Positions 39,146 to 49,016 of a stretch of DNA of 64,000 bases are shown piece by piece. A model generated the notes under the pieces. The model ran no database searches. It was not told where the DNA came from and saw only the letters and a list, made by a program, of their open reading frames with translations. The DNA is from a virus (Duplodnaviria > Caudoviricetes): IMG/VR virus record IMGVR_UViG_3300025357_000008, positions 1-64,000 of that record; one strand, 5' to 3'. Both the position numbers and the translations under genes were made by a program. Within the stretch, counting starts at the first letter, position 1; every line of letters begins with the position of its first letter.

Positions 39146-39804
39146 AGATATACAAAAGCAATTACAGAGACCATTGGGTTTCTCCCTATACAATACTTGA
39201 GAAGGTTTGTTTTTGGGAAAAAGATACTGACGTATTCTATGAAGACGGTGGTGTATACGAAAAGATAACCGACTTATTGGTGCCTGTTTCTAAGGCAATG
39301 AAATGGGTACTAAACCTCATCTATCCAAGAATCAACTATGTTAAGATTGACCGTTGGGATACTTATTCAATGGATCATACATTGGGTGACATTATTTTAC
39401 CAATGTTAAGACAATTGAAAGAAAAAAATCATGGTGCACCATATGTTGATGACGAAGATGTGCCATATGAATTAAAATCTATCAATGATTCACCATATGT
39501 TAAAGAATACAGTATTGATGAATGTAGGCATTTTGCTCGATGGGATTATGTAATGAATCAAATGATATTTGCCTTTGAATGTAAGGTTGATGATTCATGG
39601 GAAGATTTGTTCCGTTCCGGTAAACATGATATGAAAAGTGTACCATGTCAATGGGATGAAAACGGTAAACCAACAATGCACACCTTTGAAAAAGGTCCTA
39701 ATGATACCTATGTGTGTGACTATGAAGGCATAAGAGAGTATGAAAAGCGTATACAGAATGGTTTTAGACTATTCGGTAAATATTATCAAAACTTATGGGA
39801 TTAA
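39142..39804 (+). CDS. Conserved phage hypothetical protein
   Basis: IDRWDTYSMDHTL...GFRLFGKYYQNLWD family motif. Confidence 0.65.
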   Translation: MKIYKSNYRDHWVSPYTILEKVCFWEKDTDVFYEDGGVYEKITDLLVPVSKAMKWVLNLIYPRINYVKIDRWDTYSMDHTLGDIILPMLRQLKEKNHGAPYVDDEDVPYELKSINDSPYVKEYSIDECRHFARWDYVMNQMIFAFECKVDDSWEDLFRSGKHDMKSVPCQWDENGKPTMHTFEKGPNDTYVCDYEGIREYEKRIQNGFRLFGKYYQNLWD

Positions 39805-41570
39805 ATTATGAAGGTAAAAATTTATAAGAGTGAATGGCATCAAATGGAAAGAAAATATGTTGTCGAAATTGATGAAGATTTGGTCAATGAACTTTATCCC
39901 GATAACACCAAAAAGAAAAACAAAGAAATTCTAAAAGGTTTAAAAGATGGCACCACAGATATTGATGAGTTTATGGGTGATGCTTTTGGTGAGATAGATA
40001 TTGATTGGGACCATGTGGAAGATGATTTATGGACGGACCGTAAAGGCGGATATGAAATAACTTATGAGGTAGAACAATGAACAAGTATATACATGAAAGA
40101 TATGAAAATAAACTCGGCTATGGGCAAGTAAGTCAGACTGCACGAGATGAAAGAAATTATGAAAACTATGCCGGCGAACATGTTTCAACGGAAGAAATAT
40201 TGAGAAAACGTAGTTATGCACAGAGTTACCAAGAAAGCCAAGTTGCGGAACCTAAAATTTCTCTAATGGAAATGCTTACTATTATTGAAAAGTCTTTAGA
40301 TGTATTGGGTGAGCATATGCAAACATTGAATCTTAATTTCTTTCCAGTAATGAGAAGTGGTATTGGTTTGGAAGCAAAACAGGAAGCCGTAACGAGACCT
40401 CATCATTCAGAAGCGGTATTATACGCAATCAATATTAATGAAAAAATTGGTGAGTTACAGGACAGAGTTTTACAAATGTTGGATAGGAATGAACTATGAG
40501 TGAGAAAATGAGTCTAGAAGAATTTCTAAATCACAATGCACCATCAGAAGAGGCTATTGAAGAGATTGCTTTCAATACACTATCAAGACGGTATATTAAT
40601 AAAGAAGAAATTGATTTCAATATTGAATTTAACAAAGCAGTCGATGCGTTAGTGAATGAAATGTACCGTTTATATGTGGAGTCTGATGAATGATGTCTTT
40701 AATACATTTATTGTCCGCTAAACGTAGGTTAAAAGAGTTGCAAAAAACTGTTACTATGTTAAAGCATGACAAGTATAAAGAAGATGATGTACCGACAATG
40801 ATACTTGCACAAAGAGATTTTGTTAAGTTAGAAGTAGAATACTATCAAGATGAGGTAAGAAATCTTTTAGCGTATACTCTTTTTGCCATAGGCGTTTTGT
40901 TTCTTATCGGGGTGGCTTCGTATCCGTTTCTTATTAACTATGGAGTAATATAATGTTGGATAAAATCAAATTGTATATAAAACCAATCCTTCAACTTATA
41001 GTCGGTGTTTTTATTATTGCTATAATAGGACAGTTTTTTTCAGACAGACTAAATAATAATACACCTGAGGCTCTCAAAGAGTTCAAAGATGGAGTTCAGA
41101 ATCATTTAGTGTGGTCAATCAGAGGAGAATGTTTCTTTGTTAGACCTCATTCTGATGTGACTGTGTATTTAATTCGAGTAACGGATTGTGATAAAAAATA
41201 AGGAGATAATATGAGTTTATTTGTAGAAGTTGATTCCGTAGAAAAAGGTTGCCCTGTCATTATCAATCTAGATAATGTATTAGAGATTGCCCCATTACGT
41301 ACCGGTGGCGTAACAATATTTTTTGCAGATGCCGCATCTGTTAACGGTAAACATGCAATGAAGGTTCACAATGAATACGATGAGTTTAAACAGTTCGTAT
41401 TGCAAAGAGTTTCTTCAGAAGATATTGCAAAAACAATCGAACGAATTACACCTAAGGATGCTAAAACAAAAGCAAAACCGGCACCCGCAAAGTCTTTCGC
41501 TGAAATTACAAATTCATTAGAACAAGGTAAACTGTGAAGTTTACTGAGACGCTTGATATTATAAAGGAAG

Positions 41571-42317
41571 ATGATGGCACGAGTACGCAAAATTGAAACT
41601 GAGGTTGAAAAACCAAAAGGTGTTAAAACTAAAAAGACTAAGAAATCCTCTGATGTGGTAATCATTGATACTGATGACAAAAAGTATGATAACCCGTCAG
41701 AAGATAAAACTGAAATACCACAATCTAATGGTGGCTCATGGCCATTTATGAATGACCAGTTAGAAAATTGGGCATTTTGGGACAAGGCGTTTACACTAGA
41801 AGAATGTAAAAAGATTATTGATATTGGTGAAAGACGTAGGAAAATAATTGCTAAAGTCGGTGGTGGTGTAGAAGGTGTTGCAAATCCTGATATCAGACGT
41901 AGTGATATTGTTTGGTTATTTCCACAAGATGATATGGCATGGGTATTTCAAAAGATGACCGGTTATATTATGGCACTCAACGAAAAGTTCTTTAAGTTTG
42001 ACCTATGGGGTTTCAATGAAGGCTTTCAGTTTACCAAATATGATTCTAAACAAAAAGGATTCTATGGTCAACATGTTGATAGAACTTACTTAGGTCCTGC
42101 ACCACGTAAACTATCAATAACTTTACAGTTATCTGATCCTGATGAGTATGAAGGTGGTAATTTGAATCTGTATTTTGGTAAAGAACCGACCCCATCCAAG
42201 CGTGACCAAGGGTTTTTGACAGTCTTTCCTAGCTATACAATGCATGAGGTTACGCCAGTAACTAAAGGCACCAGATACTCGCTGGTAGCGTGGATAACGG
42301 GTCCTCAGTTCAAATAA
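41571..42317 (+). CDS. 2OG-Fe(II) oxygenase (PKHD-type)
   Basis: HVD, RKLSITLQLS, YEGG, FPSYTMHEVTPVTKGTRYSLV. Confidence 0.92.
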   Translation: MMARVRKIETEVEKPKGVKTKKTKKSSDVVIIDTDDKKYDNPSEDKTEIPQSNGGSWPFMNDQLENWAFWDKAFTLEECKKIIDIGERRRKIIAKVGGGVEGVANPDIRRSDIVWLFPQDDMAWVFQKMTGYIMALNEKFFKFDLWGFNEGFQFTKYDSKQKGFYGQHVDRTYLGPAPRKLSITLQLSDPDEYEGGNLNLYFGKEPTPSKRDQGFLTVFPSYTMHEVTPVTKGTRYSLVAWITGPQFK

Positions 42318-42680
42318 AGTGTCTCTTTTAAGCAACATTCGTGTTGCTTTTTTGTCTCAACTGTGATATAATTATATTATGAATACTACATTATCTACCG
42401 GCAAACTTGTATGTACTTACAATTCTTCAAACCAAACTCTCAATGTTGGCTCATTAACTGATTTCAAAATACCGGCACCTGAGATATGGATACCTCATAT
42501 ACCTACCTACAATTTCCGTGTAGCCGAGTATGTGAATAAAGAAGACAAAATCACTTCGGTCGGTTTACAATATCAAGTTGTAATGCACAATCAATATGGT
42601 AGTGTAGAGTCTACAGGTCCTTGGGTATCTGTAGATAGAGTTAAAATAGATGAATTAGGAAACGTTATAGGCACAAACGC

Positions 42681-43247
42681 ATGAACATTTTTTACCTCCA
42701 CAATGACCCAAAAATCTGTGCAGAAATGCATACCGATAAACATTCCATTAAAATGATCCTTGAATATGCTCAACTTTTATCAACTGCTCACCGTGTACTT
42801 GATGGGACTCCTACCGTGGGTCTGTCTAAGATGGGAAGAAAGAAAACCTCTTATGTTCTTTCTGATTTTCGTGATTCTATTTTGTATAGTGCAACTCACT
42901 TAAATCATCCTTCTGCCATATGGGCAAGACGAAGTAAAGCAAACTATCAATGGCTACATTCATTATTGATTGAGTTGTGCAAAGAATACACCTACAGATA
43001 CGGCAAAGTTCACCTATGCGAACGTTCAGGTTTAGTTACCGCATTGACTATGGTACCTAAAAATCTTGAGACTGTAGATAGAAATTTTGAAGAGCCTTTT
43101 CCTGCCATGCCGGACGAGGTAAAAGTTCCTGGTAATTCTATACAATCGTACCGCAACTACTATATAAATAATAAACAGCACCTCGCATCATGGCGAGGCA
43201 AAGTAAATTCTAGACCTACACCGGAGTGGTTTCATGCCAATGTATGA
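42681..43247 (+). CDS. Pyrimidine-dimer DNA glycosylase-like protein
   Basis: MNIFYL...DKHSIKMILEYAQLLSTAH, HLNHPSAIW, EYTYRYGKVH, AMPD, YRNYY. Confidence 0.75.
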   Translation: MNIFYLHNDPKICAEMHTDKHSIKMILEYAQLLSTAHRVLDGTPTVGLSKMGRKKTSYVLSDFRDSILYSATHLNHPSAIWARRSKANYQWLHSLLIELCKEYTYRYGKVHLCERSGLVTALTMVPKNLETVDRNFEEPFPAMPDEVKVPGNSIQSYRNYYINNKQHLASWRGKVNSRPTPEWFHANV

Positions 43248-43515
43248 TTTTATGAATAAGAATACGAATGAAGTCGAAGTTCATTCTATGTCTTATAAAG
43301 ACCTTGACAAGTTTAAAGAAGACAATCCCCATTTAGAGAGATACTTTTCTGCCGAGACTTTACCAGGTTTCGGTGATGGTATGCGTATGAGTACACCAGG
43401 TACAGGTAAAGCCGATTCAACTTTCGAGAAATATGTCATTAATCGTATGAAAGAAACGATTCCTGGCAATACAATCAAGGCCGGTCATAAAACAAAGATG
43501 CAAAGAGAATGGTAA
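43234..43515 (+). CDS. FmdB-like small protein lacking the Zn cysteines
   Basis: MPMYDF start; usual T4-like neighbourhood. Confidence 0.5.
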   Translation: MPMYDFMNKNTNEVEVHSMSYKDLDKFKEDNPHLERYFSAETLPGFGDGMRMSTPGTGKADSTFEKYVINRMKETIPGNTIKAGHKTKMQREW

Positions 43516-43779
43516 AAGTGACACAAATCCCAGCCTTATTTCTACCCCCAATTAGGAGTGCCGATGACAAGAAGCCTAATGTAATACCCAATGTTAAAAG
43601 AAAAAAATCTAATAACAATGGGAGAAAGAATGAGCAAAAAACGAATGATGCCAAAAGCTGTGCGTATCTACTACGAACAAATGAAGAAAGAACGTTTAAT
43701 CAAGGAATTGGCAGAATATGCTAGACAGAAACAAGAGTATGAGATGGCGAATCACATAACACCAAATATAAGACAATAA

Positions 43780-45315
43780 ATGAGTTTAAATTCCACAGGG
43801 CCAATAAGTTTAGGTGGTTCTACATCAGGACAATCAATTGAACTAGAATTAGGAGAAACAGGGACACAACCTATTTCGATGGGAGATTCTATTGTTAGGG
43901 GATTTCTTGGAGTGCCATCTGGTGCAATCTCTTTAGACATTGCCCACGGTAAAAGTTTATTTGCAGGCACACTACAAACAACTATAACACAACCCTCTAA
44001 TGCCTATGCTAATACATACGCAGGATTTGGTTATTCAAATGCAATATCGGATGATGGTTTGACAATGATAATTGGTGGGCCTAATGATTATGCTTTTGGG
44101 TATGGCGGTACTGGTCACCCAACAACATTAGGTGCGGCATGGATATTCACTAGAGCAAACACCAATACAACGACTTGGACTCAGCAAGCGAAGTTATTAG
44201 GTAGTGGTGGTGTTGGTGCAATGACTGCTTCACAATACACTACAGGTTTTTCAGTATCGGTCGGATGGTCAGTTGCAATTTCAAATGATGGAAATACTGT
44301 TGCTATTGGTAGTCCTCCACGGGTAGAAAATCCACCATCTGGTGGTGTTGACTATGGAGTTGGTGGTGTATGGGTGTACACTAGGTCAGGAACTACATGG
44401 TCTCAACAAGCAGGACCTTTAACTTATACTAGCAATAATTGCGGCACAAATTCATGGGGTATCGGATGGTCATTAGCAATTTCAGGTGATGGTAATACAA
44501 TTGCGGCAGGTCAACCAAATTATGGAACAAATTCAGGAGGTAATGCTAATCAAGGTGGTGTTGTAGTTTTTGTTAGGTCGGGAACTACGTGGTCGGCGCA
44601 AAGCGGCCTTTTACAAGGTTCTGACACCACAAGAGCATTAGGTACTTTTATGGGATGGTCTGTTAGTTTGTCTAAAGACGGCAACACATTAGCGTTTGGT
44701 GGTTTTGGTGATGGGTATAATTCTACTACTGGTGTCGCTGTAGGGGCAACATGGATATTTACTAGATCCGGTTCAACATGGTCGCAACAAGGAACAAAAA
44801 AAATAGGTACCGGTGGAGTTCCTGGATCAGGACAGGGTAGTGTAGTGGCCTTATCTGGTGATGGAACTGTATTAGCAACTTCCGATCCTACAGATAATTC
44901 AAATGTAGGGGCAATATGGATATTTACTAGATCCGGTTCAACATGGACTCAACAAGGATCTAAACTTGTTGGTACTGGAGGATCGACTGCATCAGGATCA
45001 GTAGGGCAAGGAAGTGCATTGGCATTAAATTATGCGGGAACACTATTGGCCGTAGGTGCCTATCAAGATAGCGGATCAGGCACAACTGCAAATGGTGCTA
45101 TGTGGATGTTCAAATCAAATGCTGATGCCGGTACATTTACTCAATTAGGTTCAAAAATTGTTGGTAATAATCAACAAGGCGTATTCTTAGGTGAAGGTAT
45201 TTCAATTGCAAATACCGCCGGTACTGTCGTAGTAAGTGGTGCTGGTGCCGGTGCACCATACGGTGATGCCGGATATTCAACAATTGCAAATCAACAGGTT
45301 TTAGTTTATAATTAA
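43780..45315 (+). CDS. FG-GAP repeat beta-propeller protein with adhesin-type N-terminal module
   Basis: About seven repeats of GxSVAISxDGNTxAxG...GAxWIFTRSGxTWxQQ. Confidence 0.8.
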   Translation: MSLNSTGPISLGGSTSGQSIELELGETGTQPISMGDSIVRGFLGVPSGAISLDIAHGKSLFAGTLQTTITQPSNAYANTYAGFGYSNAISDDGLTMIIGGPNDYAFGYGGTGHPTTLGAAWIFTRANTNTTTWTQQAKLLGSGGVGAMTASQYTTGFSVSVGWSVAISNDGNTVAIGSPPRVENPPSGGVDYGVGGVWVYTRSGTTWSQQAGPLTYTSNNCGTNSWGIGWSLAISGDGNTIAAGQPNYGTNSGGNANQGGVVVFVRSGTTWSAQSGLLQGSDTTRALGTFMGWSVSLSKDGNTLAFGGFGDGYNSTTGVAVGATWIFTRSGSTWSQQGTKKIGTGGVPGSGQGSVVALSGDGTVLATSDPTDNSNVGAIWIFTRSGSTWTQQGSKLVGTGGSTASGSVGQGSALALNYAGTLLAVGAYQDSGSGTTANGAMWMFKSNADAGTFTQLGSKIVGNNQQGVFLGEGISIANTAGTVVVSGAGAGAPYGDAGYSTIANQQVLVYN

Positions 45316-45324
45316 AAAAGTATT

Positions 45325-45978
45325 ATGTTTATATCATGTAAGCCAAAAGAGATTGAAGACTTAAAATCAGTAACACAAAAAGACGGTAAAAGAATTTATA
45401 CGTTACCTGATGGTACTAAACTTCTTTCTGTTACTACTGTTATTGGTCTAAAATCAAGAGAGAAGTTCTTTGACTGGCGCCAACAGGTTGGTGAAGAAGA
45501 AGCCAATAGAATTTCAAAGATAGCATCAACAAGAGGTACATCTGTTCATAGTCTCTGTGAGGCTTATCTGAACAATGAAAAGTTACCTACAGCAATGCCT
45601 GATGCAAGAGCATCATTCATACAAATAAAACACATACTTGATAAGATTAACAATATACACTATCAAGAACAGGCCCTATGGTCTACTAAATTAAAATTAG
45701 CTGGCCGTGTCGATTGTATTGCTGAGTTTGAAGGTGAGTTATCTGTTATCGACTTTAAGACTTCTAAACGTTTCAAAGCAATCGAAGACATTCAAGATTA
45801 CTTTTGGCAAACTGCCGCTTATGCGTTGATGTATGAAGAACTGGTAGGTCAACCAATACATAATCTTGTTATCATAATGGCTGTTGATGACGGACCACCT
45901 ATCATATATAAACAAAAGACTAAAGACCATATACATGGTTTGATTGATGCAATTCGTTATTACAATAGGAAGAATTAA
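45325..45978 (+). CDS. PD-(D/E)XK Cas4-like exonuclease
   Basis: SVTTVI, RGTSVH, AGRVDC, IDFKTS, QTAAYA. Confidence 0.9.
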   Translation: MFISCKPKEIEDLKSVTQKDGKRIYTLPDGTKLLSVTTVIGLKSREKFFDWRQQVGEEEANRISKIASTRGTSVHSLCEAYLNNEKLPTAMPDARASFIQIKHILDKINNIHYQEQALWSTKLKLAGRVDCIAEFEGELSVIDFKTSKRFKAIEDIQDYFWQTAAYALMYEELVGQPIHNLVIIMAVDDGPPIIYKQKTKDHIHGLIDAIRYYNRKN

Positions 45979-46677
45979 ATGGCTAAAGTGAAAAAAGTCA
46001 AAGCAAAAGTTGAAGAGAAGGTAATCTTAAATGAAATGATGGCGTATTCATATTTTCCATCATTAATTTACATAGTAGAAGAACCTAAATTTTTAGACAA
46101 TGCAAGAACGGTTGCAAGAGAATACCTTAAAGAAGCCAGAAAGAATCAAGGCAACACTTTACATAAATTGTATCCTGTTGTGATGTCGAATACATTTCAG
46201 AATGATCTTAGAGTTGAAGAGTTAGTTCAATATACCGCACAAGCGGGTTGGAATATCCTTGACAGTCAAGGTTATGACATGCAACACTATAATGTGTATG
46301 TACAAGACTTTTGGGCGCAAGAACACCACGAACATTCACATAATGAAGAGCATATTCACCCGTTTGGTGCTCAATTAACCGGTTTTTATATGTTAGAGTG
46401 TCCACAAGATTGCTCTAATATTATTTTTCACGACCCAAGACCTGGTAAGAAACAGATTAATCTACCTGAAAAGAACATGTCAGAGGTAACCCCGGCAAGT
46501 ATTGCAGTTAATTTTCCTGCTAAATCTGGTACCTTTATGTTTTCTAATGCTTGGTTGCCCCATGCATTTGGTAGACATGGTTCTGATAGCCCCTTTATAT
46601 TCATTCACTTTAACTTAAGTATTGTTCCGGTAGGTATGACAGGTCAAGTTTGTCAACCAAGAGCGGAGGTAATATGA
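45979..46677 (+). CDS. Putative 2OG-Fe(II) oxygenase
   Basis: HIH, FHDPR, FSNAWLPH, HFN. Confidence 0.8.
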   Translation: MAKVKKVKAKVEEKVILNEMMAYSYFPSLIYIVEEPKFLDNARTVAREYLKEARKNQGNTLHKLYPVVMSNTFQNDLRVEELVQYTAQAGWNILDSQGYDMQHYNVYVQDFWAQEHHEHSHNEEHIHPFGAQLTGFYMLECPQDCSNIIFHDPRPGKKQINLPEKNMSEVTPASIAVNFPAKSGTFMFSNAWLPHAFGRHGSDSPFIFIHFNLSIVPVGMTGQVCQPRAEVI

Positions 46678-46922
46678 ATAAATACCATATTAGGTTCAAT
46701 AAATCACGAGGACAACCAGGACGAGGTTCGATGGAACACGTATGGCGAGTCTTTGAAAATGGTAAAAAAGAATATCTTGTCAAACATTTTAAACTAAATG
46801 TTGATGCACATGATGAAGTCACAGGTAATGGTCAAGGAAATGATGACTGGAATATCTGTTGTGAAGGTTATATTAAATTTGACAAGGAAACCTCAACTGC
46901 AATAATATCAAATAAAAAATAA

Positions 46923-48284
46923 ATGGCAATTATACCTGCATCAAATCCTGGACCAAAATCAATTGCGTTAGGTGGCAATTTAAGTTGCGGCACACTTAAT
47001 CAATCTATTGAAAAAGAATTAGGTGTCGGTGCAACCCCAAACTATAATCCTACATATACTGGTGCAATATCATTTTATTGTGGTGTCGTAAAGAATATGC
47101 TAGGCGGTTCACCTACTGGAGTATTTTCAATGCAATGTGCATACGGAAAACATGCATTCCCAGGAAAAATGGCGGTTTTAGCTGTTGGTGGTGGCGGTGG
47201 TGGTGGACAACTCGGTGGTGGCGGTGGTGGTGGTTTTTATTCTAGTAACTTTGGTGTGGTAACAGGTGGCATGACGTTCAATGTTACTATTGGTGCTGGT
47301 GGGGCTAGTTTTGCCTATACTGGTTGTAGTCCAGCTCCACAATTAAGTAGAGGAACCGCAGGTACGCCAACTACAATAGCCGGACCTGATCCTTCTATGT
47401 CGATTACTGCATATGGAGGTGGGGGTGGTGGTGGAGGTAATAATCCAGGTAGAGGCGGAACATTTTCTCCAACACCGACAGGAGGTATATATTATTGTCC
47501 TGGTACAGTACTTGAAGGGGGTGGATATGGCCTCCCATCTGCATATATTGCGGCGGGACCTGGTGGTGGTGCCGGAGTACTTATAAGTTGCCAAAAAAGT
47601 CCTACACCGACAACTGTTTTAGGTGGGTATACATGTCTCACACCAATGAAAGGTGGTAATGTTATTTTAGGAACAGGTTTGACTGGTACAATGTATCTTG
47701 GTGCAGGTGGCGGAGGTGCATTTGTTGGGGGAGGAAATTCAACATTAGCACCTCAATCATGTAATGGTCCAAATAGGCTTACTGTAGGGGCTGGAGGTAC
47801 AGGCGCACAATGGTATGATGGTTCTTACTACGGTGGTGGTGGAGGAGGTAGTTCGAGCGGAATATATGATTTGACTCAACCCCCATCAGGTAATCAATAT
47901 CTACCGAGTTGCTCACGCTATGTGGGTGCAGGTGGTGCAGGTGGTGGCGGACGAGGTACTTACACTTATAAATGTCTTACTAACCCAACAGCAGGTGGGC
48001 ATAAAATATGTCAAGGTAGTGGAGGCACACCAGGAACAGGAGGTGGTGCAGGTGGTGGGGTACAAACACCAGGCACTAATACGATTACAGGAGGACCTGG
48101 AGTTGCGATATTCATTTACTCAAACCCAAAACAACTTGCAACTGGCGGAAATTCAATTGTAAACGTTACCACCTTGGTTTCCGGAACATGCGGTACTTTA
48201 CCAGCACCATATGTACCTTCTGTAATAGGTTCTGGTCCTTATTGGATACATAAATTTACTTCACCAGGAACACTCATAACATGA
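46923..48284 (+). CDS. Polyglycine-rich tail/adhesin-like protein
   Basis: VGGGGGGG...GGGGGG repeats, C-terminal IHKFTSPGTL; N-terminus paralogous to 43780. Confidence 0.75.
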   Translation: MAIIPASNPGPKSIALGGNLSCGTLNQSIEKELGVGATPNYNPTYTGAISFYCGVVKNMLGGSPTGVFSMQCAYGKHAFPGKMAVLAVGGGGGGGQLGGGGGGGFYSSNFGVVTGGMTFNVTIGAGGASFAYTGCSPAPQLSRGTAGTPTTIAGPDPSMSITAYGGGGGGGGNNPGRGGTFSPTPTGGIYYCPGTVLEGGGYGLPSAYIAAGPGGGAGVLISCQKSPTPTTVLGGYTCLTPMKGGNVILGTGLTGTMYLGAGGGGAFVGGGNSTLAPQSCNGPNRLTVGAGGTGAQWYDGSYYGGGGGGSSSGIYDLTQPPSGNQYLPSCSRYVGAGGAGGGGRGTYTYKCLTNPTAGGHKICQGSGGTPGTGGGAGGGVQTPGTNTITGGPGVAIFIYSNPKQLATGGNSIVNVTTLVSGTCGTLPAPYVPSVIGSGPYWIHKFTSPGTLIT

Positions 48285-48567
48285 AATCCGTATTATATAC
48301 TTTTAACAACTTAACTAATGAACAGACCATTGTTACTAATAAATGGTCTGAGGCTCAATATTTTATTGATATATTTGAGAGTAAAGAACATCGTTACGGT
48401 TTAACTGTATTTTGTGAATATGAAGATGGTAGAATTTGTTTCTGTTTCGTAGATACAAAGACTGGTATTCATTATGTCAGACAAGGACATGCGGATGGGC
48501 AGATGTTTACACCAGACGAAACGTTTGGATAATTACCTTGACAAACAAACCTAAATAGAGTACAATA

Positions 48568-48699
48568 ATGAAAACGAACAAATTAATCTTTAAGCTAAAC
48601 AAAGCAGAGTTCAAGCATCAAAAACGTAAAGCTAAGAAACTGTGGCTTAAGATTTTAAGAAAGTCATTTAAGAGAAAGCAAACGCAATCTGTTAGATGA
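48568..48699 (+). CDS. 43-aa highly basic peptide upstream of tmRNA
   Basis: Hand-translated MKTNKLIFKLNKAEFKHQKRKAKKLWLKILRKSFKRKQTQSVR. Confidence 0.4.
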   Translation: MKTNKLIFKLNKAEFKHQKRKAKKLWLKILRKSFKRKQTQSVR

Positions 48700-48702
48700 T
48701 TA

Positions 48703-48992
48703 TGGTTGTATGAAGTAAATCAAAAGGTGCTCTGGACGGGAGTTCGAATCTCCCCACCTCCACCAAAAGCATACTGTGAGTCGGCTTGCTGATAAACTTT
48801 AAGTAGAGATAGTATGCTTTTGATGGGGGTGCACTTGGTTTCGACAGGGTAAATAGTAGAGGCACAGACAACTCGTCAGGAGTAGACGTAAAAAGCAAAA
48901 TTTAATAACTGCAAACGATGAGTTATTCGCATTAGCCGCCTAAACGTGGCTTAGGGTTTCGGTTAGTTTCCTCGTAACAGAATAACTAACCA
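48703..48992 (+). ncRNA. ssrA: Circularly permuted two-piece tmRNA; tag peptide ANDELFALAA
   Basis: T-arm and acceptor end GGGAGTTCGAATCTCCCCACCTCCACCA (ends 48765) precedes the 5' piece GGGGGTG...GGTTTCGAC (starts 48825); G3:U70 pair; resume codon GCA at 48911, stop 48941-48943; outer ends approximate. Confidence 0.93.
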
Positions 48993-49016
48993 ATTTTTTT
49001 AACTTAAGGAGAAAAG

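Noticed and set aside
45325-45978. Cas4 as evidence of a CRISPR-Cas system
   Set aside because: Stand-alone Cas4-like exonucleases are routine in T4-like phages; there is no cas1/cas2 or array.
43780-48284. Diversity-generating retroelement acting on the adhesin-like genes
   Set aside because: No reverse transcriptase and no TR/VR pair with adenine-specific mismatches; the internal DNA repeats just encode propeller blades.
48735-48765. T-arm plus CCA as a tRNA gene or integration-site remnant
   Set aside because: No anticodon arm; it pairs with the downstream GGGGGTG piece and tag ORF, so it belongs to the permuted tmRNA.
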